NCBI GenBank assembly: GCA_012838545.1
Contig: DUPC01000006.1
Location: forward strand, 7,903 to 71,902
DNA: 64,000 nt
Direction of reading: 5' to 3'
Origin: Acholeplasmataceae bacterium
GTDB lineage: Bacteria; Bacillota_I; Bacilli_A; ML615J-28; CAG-313
Position numbers and translations under genes: made by a program
In this document: positions 58,830 through 64,000 of the stretch, piece by piece
How the letters are laid out: every line of letters begins with the position of its first letter
How positions within the stretch are numbered: position 1 is the first letter of the stretch
The notes under the pieces: generated by a model
Seen by the model: the letters and a program-made list of their open reading frames with translations, nothing else
The model's database searches: none
What the model was told of the DNA's origin: nothing

Positions 58830-60298
58830 AGAAAGTTAAGGTCCTGACACAAAATCAAACAAAGGAAGTTTTTGTTACCAAAGGAACCAACCTGCTAAAT
58901 GCTTTGATACAGGAAGGTTTTGTGATTTCTGCGGATTGTAGCGGAAAAGGCACTTGCAAGAAATGTTTGGTATCGCTTAATAACGAGGATGTTCTGGCTT
59001 GTCAAACCACCATTTTTGACGATTGTGTTGTCGAATTAAACCAATTGAATATCGAAAAAGGGTACGATTTTTTAAAAACGAAAGAAGTTGATCCCAAACA
59101 TTCGTTGGGAATTGCCTGCGATATCGGCACCACTTCCATCGCCTGTTATTTGGTTGATTTGGAGGATTTCGCCATTTGCGATTATTATACCGATTTTAAC
59201 CACCAAGTGGCTTTTGGGGCGGATGTCATCACCCGAATCGACCAATGCGGGTTAGGAAATCTGCCTAAGTTGCACCACACCATTATCAATCAATTGGTAA
59301 GAATAGTGGAATATTTTGAAATCAAACATAACCTTTCCGAAATCAAACGAATGTTTGTATCATGCAACACCACGATGGCGCACTTGTTGGCGGGAGTGGA
59401 TCCTTCCCCTTTGGGGATTGCTCCCTTTACCCCTGTTTTTACCCATACATTCCTTTTGGAAAATACTAAACTAAATTCCTACATCACCAACATCGTCATC
59501 TTGCCTTCCGTTAGCGCTTATCTCGGCAGCGACATCTTGGCGGGAGTCCTGGCCAGCCGAATGTTGGAAACTAACAAAAATGCCCTTTTAGTCGACATCG
59601 GCACCAACGGAGAAATTATTCTTAAAACCGGACATCAATTGTACGGCTGTTCCACCGCGGCAGGACCGGCTTTTGAAGGAGCGAAGATTTCCTGCGGAAT
59701 GGGTGCGGTTAGCGGTGCAATCAATCAAGTGCAAGTTGTTGACGGTAAAATTAAACTAAAAACCGTAGCAGGAAAACCCAAAGGGATTTGTGGAAGCGGT
59801 CTAGTCGACACTGTTGCCATCATGCTTGAGGAAAAACTGCTTGATGAAAGCGGCGCAATCCAAAAAAGCAAAAGCCCGTTAAGCAAAAAGATTAAAAACG
59901 CTGCTTTTTATTTAAACAATGAAATATATCTCAGTCAAAAAGACATTCGCGAATTTCAACTGGCCAAAAGCGCTATCATCTCGGGAATCTTATCTATGGC
60001 AAAGCTTGCCCGAATCGATCTCGAACAAATCGAAACCGTTTATTTGGCAGGAGGGTTTGGCTTTTACTTAAACCTTGACCATGCTTTTTCGGTGGGACTG
60101 CTTCCCAAGGTCTTTAAAGGCAAAGTGCGCTCCATTGGAAATGCCAGCGGAATGGGCGCCAAAATGTGTTTGACTCACCCAGAAAATATAGCCAGGTTGG
60201 AACAGATTGCGAAATCCATAACAACTATCGAGTTATCCAATTCTTCGGCCTTTTTCAACTATTTCACGGATAATATGTCTTTTGGCAGGGAGGAATAA
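58826..60298 (+). CDS. corrinoid reductive activator (RACo-type: N-terminal [2Fe-2S] ferredoxin plus ASKHA ATPase domain)
   Basis: 490 aa; N-terminal CSGKGTCKKC...C plant-type ferredoxin motif; central ACDIGTTSIACYLVD and LVDIGTNGEI actin-like ATPase motifs. Confidence 0.7.
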   Translation: MKKVKVLTQNQTKEVFVTKGTNLLNALIQEGFVISADCSGKGTCKKCLVSLNNEDVLACQTTIFDDCVVELNQLNIEKGYDFLKTKEVDPKHSLGIACDIGTTSIACYLVDLEDFAICDYYTDFNHQVAFGADVITRIDQCGLGNLPKLHHTIINQLVRIVEYFEIKHNLSEIKRMFVSCNTTMAHLLAGVDPSPLGIAPFTPVFTHTFLLENTKLNSYITNIVILPSVSAYLGSDILAGVLASRMLETNKNALLVDIGTNGEIILKTGHQLYGCSTAAGPAFEGAKISCGMGAVSGAINQVQVVDGKIKLKTVAGKPKGICGSGLVDTVAIMLEEKLLDESGAIQKSKSPLSKKIKNAAFYLNNEIYLSQKDIREFQLAKSAIISGILSMAKLARIDLEQIETVYLAGGFGFYLNLDHAFSVGLLPKVFKGKVRSIGNASGMGAKMCLTHPENIARLEQIAKSITTIELSNSSAFFNYFTDNMSFGREE

Positions 60299-60301
60299 CC
60301 A

Positions 60302-61609
60302 ATGAATGTCCAGATTTCAAATCTAATATTACCTCAGGTTTTGGACTTCAAGGAATTAAAAGAGCTGTTTGGGCATTTTGCAGAACTGACAAATATTGAT
60401 GTTTCTCTCCATGACGTGCAAGGCAATGAACTTTTGAGTTACCGGGTCAATCCTAAATTAAGCATTTGCGAAGTCATCAAAGATTATGAAAACTTGTTGC
60501 GATGCAAAAAGCAAATGGAATATGCCGGACTAAAAGCAGCAGAACTGGGTGAACCATATATTTTCAAGTGCGGTTGCATGATTAAAAGCAGCGCTCCGAT
60601 TTTTTTTGAAGAAAAATATATTGGCAGTTTGTCATGTGGACCGGTGCTGCTTTGGGAACCGGACGAATTGGCGATTGAAGAACTAAAGAATATCACCAGA
60701 GGAAGCAACCTAACTAACGAACAAATTCAGGAAATCATGAAAAACGTCAAGCAGTTGTCGTGCGAGAACATGACAAGCGCTTCGCAAATGCTGAATATTT
60801 TCGTAAATCACATGTGTAAAGAAGAAAGCAAATTTTTAGCCCAAAGGTTGAAAATCTACAAACAACAAAAAGAAATCGGGGAATTGATTCAAGAAAAGAA
60901 ACTTCAAGCGTCAAAACTCATACAAATCGAAAAACGTTCGATGATGCAAAGATATCCGATTGAAGTGGAAAAAGAATTAATCGCTTCGATCCAAACCGGC
61001 AACACCTCGAATGCAAGAAGAATCTTAAACGAAATTTTGGGAGAAATCTTTGCGATTTCTTCGGGAAACCTTGATATGATTAAAGCCAAACTATTTGAGC
61101 TTATAACCATCTTCTTTCGGGCTGGTATTGATTCTGGTGCCCCGCTTTCGGATATGGCCATTATCCTCAAAGACTATACCAAAGTTTTTTCCGAAGAAAT
61201 CAAATATGAAGAAATGTGCTTAATGTCCAGCGAAGTTATGGAAATGATTATGACGGTAATCTACCAACACCGTTCCCAAAAGAAAACAAACGAACATTTG
61301 ACAAAAGCCATCGCCTATATAAAGGAAAATTACCATCAAAATCTCAGTTTGGAAAATGTGGCAAATCAAGTTTACGTCAGCACTTATTATTTAAGCCACT
61401 TGTTCCGAGAGGAACTGAATATGACGTTTTCCGATTACGTTAACAAAATCCGCATGGAAAATGCCCTCGATTTTATGCAAAGAACGGGCAAAAATGTGCA
61501 GATGATTTCCCAAGCCGTTGGCTTTAACGATGCAAGTTATTTCTCCAAAACCTTCAAAAAGCATTATGGCGTATCTCCTAACAGTTATTTAAAACTATTT
61601 AGAGGTTAA
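60302..61609 (+). CDS. AraC family transcriptional regulator with N-terminal PocR sensory domain
   Basis: 435 aa; N-terminal PocR-like region (...GEPYIFKCGCMIKSSAPIFFEEKYIGSLSCGPV...); C-terminal twin HTH (YVSTYYLSHLFRE...ISQAVGFNDASYFSKTFKK). Confidence 0.8.
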   Translation: MNVQISNLILPQVLDFKELKELFGHFAELTNIDVSLHDVQGNELLSYRVNPKLSICEVIKDYENLLRCKKQMEYAGLKAAELGEPYIFKCGCMIKSSAPIFFEEKYIGSLSCGPVLLWEPDELAIEELKNITRGSNLTNEQIQEIMKNVKQLSCENMTSASQMLNIFVNHMCKEESKFLAQRLKIYKQQKEIGELIQEKKLQASKLIQIEKRSMMQRYPIEVEKELIASIQTGNTSNARRILNEILGEIFAISSGNLDMIKAKLFELITIFFRAGIDSGAPLSDMAIILKDYTKVFSEEIKYEEMCLMSSEVMEMIMTVIYQHRSQKKTNEHLTKAIAYIKENYHQNLSLENVANQVYVSTYYLSHLFREELNMTFSDYVNKIRMENALDFMQRTGKNVQMISQAVGFNDASYFSKTFKKHYGVSPNSYLKLFRG

Positions 61610-61632
61610 GTAAATTCTTAACCTTTTTTCTT
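61604..61632 (+). terminator. rho-independent terminator after the PocR/AraC gene
   Basis: GGTTAAG-taaatt-CTTAACC followed by TTTTTTCTTTT. Confidence 0.75.
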
Positions 61633-61722
61633 TTAAGCAAATTATTACGTTTTTTTCGCAAAAAAATCAATGCATATGTAAGCGTTTTCCGGTATAATTA
61701 AAAATAGATGAGGAGGAAAATT

Positions 61723-62370
61723 ATGTTAATTGAAGAAATTGCTTTAATGTTACAAAAAGGACGAGCCCAAAATGTCAAACAACTGGTCCAACAGGCTCTC
61801 GATGAAGGACTTGCGCCAAAGGATATATTAAACGACGGCCTTATCCACGGCATGACCGTCATCGGAGGCAAGTTCAAAAACAACGAAGTGTTCGTTCCCG
61901 AAGTATTGGTAGCGGCACGCGCTATGAATGCCGGTTTGGAAATCTTGCGTCCTGCCCTAATTACGAGCGGAATCAAACCATTGGGCAAAGCCATTATTTG
62001 CACCGTTAAAGGGGATCTCCACGATATCGGCAAAAACTTAGTCAAAATGATGTTAGAAGGGCAAGGCATCGAATGCCTGGACCTAGGTGTTGACGTATCC
62101 GAAGAAAGAATCGTGGAAGCAGTCAAAGATTATCAACCGGATCTATTGTGTTTATCGGCTCTATTGACTACTACCATGATGGCACAAAAAGAAACCATCG
62201 ATGCTTTGAAGAAAGCAGGCATTAGGGATAAAGTCAAAGTGCTTGTCGGGGGCGCTCCGGTTACCGATAGTTTTGCCGAGGAAATCGAAGCGGATGGGTA
62301 TGCGGGGGATGCAGCCAGCGCGGCACAAATAGCCAAAGCGTTCTTGTTGGGTGAAAAAACCGATGTTTGA
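61723..62370 (+). CDS. cobalamin(B12)-binding corrinoid protein of a methyltransferase system
   Basis: 215 aa from ATG 61723 (RBS GAGGAGG); N-terminal helical cap, then Rossmann B12-binding domain with the DxHxxG motif (GDLHDIGKN). Confidence 0.85.
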   Translation: MLIEEIALMLQKGRAQNVKQLVQQALDEGLAPKDILNDGLIHGMTVIGGKFKNNEVFVPEVLVAARAMNAGLEILRPALITSGIKPLGKAIICTVKGDLHDIGKNLVKMMLEGQGIECLDLGVDVSEERIVEAVKDYQPDLLCLSALLTTTMMAQKETIDALKKAGIRDKVKVLVGGAPVTDSFAEEIEADGYAGDAASAAQIAKAFLLGEKTDV

Positions 62371-63454
62371 ACCCTTAAAAAAATTAAAACCAAACCTTGT
62401 CAAAACCATTCAAATGTGGGAGAAAACCTATCAAGATGCCATTAACCATCTACCCGGTAACGTCTCCTTTCGGGCCCTTCCCCCAAGCGATGTGGATTAT
62501 TATGCCCAATTCGATTTGACAAAATACAATTATGATGATGATATCGAACAATACGCTCATGATTTATGCCAAATGCTTTCCGAATCATTTTCTAAGCGGA
62601 AAGCCATCAACGACAACATGATTCCCACCATTTCGCCGGTACTCGGCATCGGCGACTACTCGGCTTTTGTGGCCGGCGATATTATTTTTCAACCCGAAAC
62701 AAGTTGGTCAAAACCGGTTTTGAAAGAGATTACCGATTATAAAAAACTCCCACCCCTTGGACAAGCCAAATGGTATCAAAAATTCTTAAAGATTTGCGAA
62801 GCGCTCTTGAAACTTTCCGCCGATTCCGGTATCCCCTTTATGAGAGGCTTCTTCTCTCCCCTGGACTTGGCAGCGGCTTTAAGAGGAGATGCCATTTACC
62901 TTGATTTCTATGACTATCCGGATGAATTGCACGGCTTGTTAAACTATTGTGCGGATGCTACAATTGCCTTTGCACTTGATATTTATGCGCTTGCGGAAAA
63001 ATACTTAATAGATACCCCTTACGGTATCTGGTACTTGCAAGGTAACATCAATATGAGCGAAGATATTGCCTGTATGATTTCGGGGGATTTATACCGCGAG
63101 TTTTGCGCTCCGTACACCCAAAAAGTCATCAACCATTTTGGCAGAGGGCATATGCATTCACATTCACGGGCGCTTTATTTAGTAAAAGAAATTTGCGCTT
63201 TAAAGAATGTGGCACACTTGTGGCTGGCCACCGATCCCAATCAACCGCGGCCGATTGACCATATTGAAGAACTTGTTAAAGATGCCAATGGTGTTTGCTT
63301 AGCCATTGATTGCGAATCTTTTGAAGAAATCGAACGCAATATCCATTTACTCATGAAAGGAAACTTTTCGCTTTGCTTACCGGTTAAATCGATTGAAGAA
63401 GGAATTTATTATACCGAGAAATTTAATCAATTAATTAAAGGAGTTGTTAAGTGA
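62363..63454 (+). CDS. uroporphyrinogen-decarboxylase (URO-D)-like methyltransferase, putative substrate:corrinoid or methylcorrinoid methyltransferase
   Basis: 364 aa. Translationally coupled to the corrinoid protein gene (ATGTTTGA overlap) and ends in a GTGA overlap with the binding-protein gene. TIM-barrel URO-D-like composition with no obvious H-x-C-x-C zinc triad. Assignment is context-driven. Confidence 0.5.
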   Translation: MFEPLKKLKPNLVKTIQMWEKTYQDAINHLPGNVSFRALPPSDVDYYAQFDLTKYNYDDDIEQYAHDLCQMLSESFSKRKAINDNMIPTISPVLGIGDYSAFVAGDIIFQPETSWSKPVLKEITDYKKLPPLGQAKWYQKFLKICEALLKLSADSGIPFMRGFFSPLDLAAALRGDAIYLDFYDYPDELHGLLNYCADATIAFALDIYALAEKYLIDTPYGIWYLQGNINMSEDIACMISGDLYREFCAPYTQKVINHFGRGHMHSHSRALYLVKEICALKNVAHLWLATDPNQPRPIDHIEELVKDANGVCLAIDCESFEEIERNIHLLMKGNFSLCLPVKSIEEGIYYTEKFNQLIKGVVK

Positions 63455-64000
63455 AAATAAAATTATTTAGTTTTTTGCTTATTTTGTTTTGTTGTATTTG
63501 CTTTTCTGTCATAGAAGCGAATGCGGAAGACGCTGTCCTAAGAGTATGGGTAGGAGCAATCGAAGGCGAAAAACTGGTTATGGAAAATATCGCCCAAGAC
63601 TTCACCAAAGAAACCGGCGTAAAAGTGGAAGTTTATCAGAAACTGGAAATCTTTACCGTACCTTCCGCTTTGGTAAATAATGCGGAGTTGGAGGAACGTC
63701 CGGATATCGTCTATATGCAAGCTCCCGACATTGGCGGTTTGGTCAAATCCGGATACTTGGAAGAATTAGAATTTAACGATGAATTGAAGATGCGTTTTGT
63801 GGATGTGGCTTTTTCGGCTTTTACCTACAACAATAAACTCTATGGAATAGGTTATAACAATTCGACTTCTGGTCTGATTTACAACAAAGATTTAATTCCC
63901 GAAGAAAACCTCCCCAATACTTGGGATGATTTGTTTGCTTTAGCCGATGAAATAACCACGAGAAACGAAAAAGGAGAACCGATAATTCGCGGCATTTATT
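63451..64000 (+). CDS. ABC transporter extracellular solute-binding protein, family 1 (sugar-type), N-terminal part
   Basis: GTG start 63451 with AAAGGAG RBS; signal peptide KIKLFSFLLILFCCICFSVIEANA; ...LRVWVGAIEGEKLVMENIAQDFTKETGVKVEV... typical MalE-like binding-protein N-lobe. Truncated by the window end. Confidence 0.7.
   Translation, partial: MKIKLFSFLLILFCCICFSVIEANAEDAVLRVWVGAIEGEKLVMENIAQDFTKETGVKVEVYQKLEIFTVPSALVNNAELEERPDIVYMQAPDIGGLVKSGYLEELEFNDELKMRFVDVAFSAFTYNNKLYGIGYNNSTSGLIYNKDLIPEENLPNTWDDLFALADEITTRNEKGEPIIRGIY

Noticed and set aside
63489-63720. 63-aa and 60-aa ORFs near the window end.
   Set aside because: They are out of frame with or antisense to the solute-binding-protein gene. 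That gene has a signal peptide, an RBS and a GTGA coupling to the upstream gene.

Overview
This is a 64 kb chromosomal segment from a low-GC Firmicute that forms endospores; spoIIR, sspI and a CotY/CotZ-like coat gene are all present. There are no mobile elements, integrases, CRISPR arrays or recognisable defence genes. The window breaks into four parts.

- **1-8.4 kb, minus strand:** a complete V-type (A/V) ATPase operon in the order G/H-I-K-E-C-F-A-B-D, with the D subunit truncated at the window edge.
- **8.5-36 kb, housekeeping core:**
  - rpiB, a DUF1846/UPF0371 gene, a tRNA-Thr(CGU) and a membrane GGDEF diguanylate cyclase.
  - A yhbD-like DUF4004 gene with a bactofilin gene.
  - A heterodimeric ABC exporter pair, a Rieske/FAD oxidoreductase, DegV, spoIIR and tsaC.
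  - prmC, prfA, dnaB, gdpP read in frame straight into rplI, then rpsR-ssb-rpsF.
  - A hemolysin-III-like gene, a DJ-1/PfpI gene, a YjjX ITPase, a VanZ-like gene, trmB, an M20 dipeptidase, sspI and uppP.
- **37-49.5 kb:** potABCD, a second ABC exporter pair co-transcribed with a DUF438/PAS hemerythrin-like protein, a PadR-DUF1700-DUF4097 module and an Old Yellow Enzyme.
- **49.6-64 kb, accessory-looking:** a cytoplasmic GH9-DUF4434-murQ operon, a FliB/YkgJ-family gene split by two +1 frameshifts at identical CTTTCCCT-stop motifs, a Flg_new-repeat lipoprotein and an esterase. The last 5.7 kb is a corrinoid methyltransferase cluster: DUF2284, RACo-type reductive activator, PocR-AraC regulator, B12-binding corrinoid protein, UroD-like methyltransferase and a sugar-type ABC binding protein.

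The corrinoid cluster is the most interesting candidate system in the window. Next come the frameshifted FliB-like gene and the stop-less gdpP-rplI junction.
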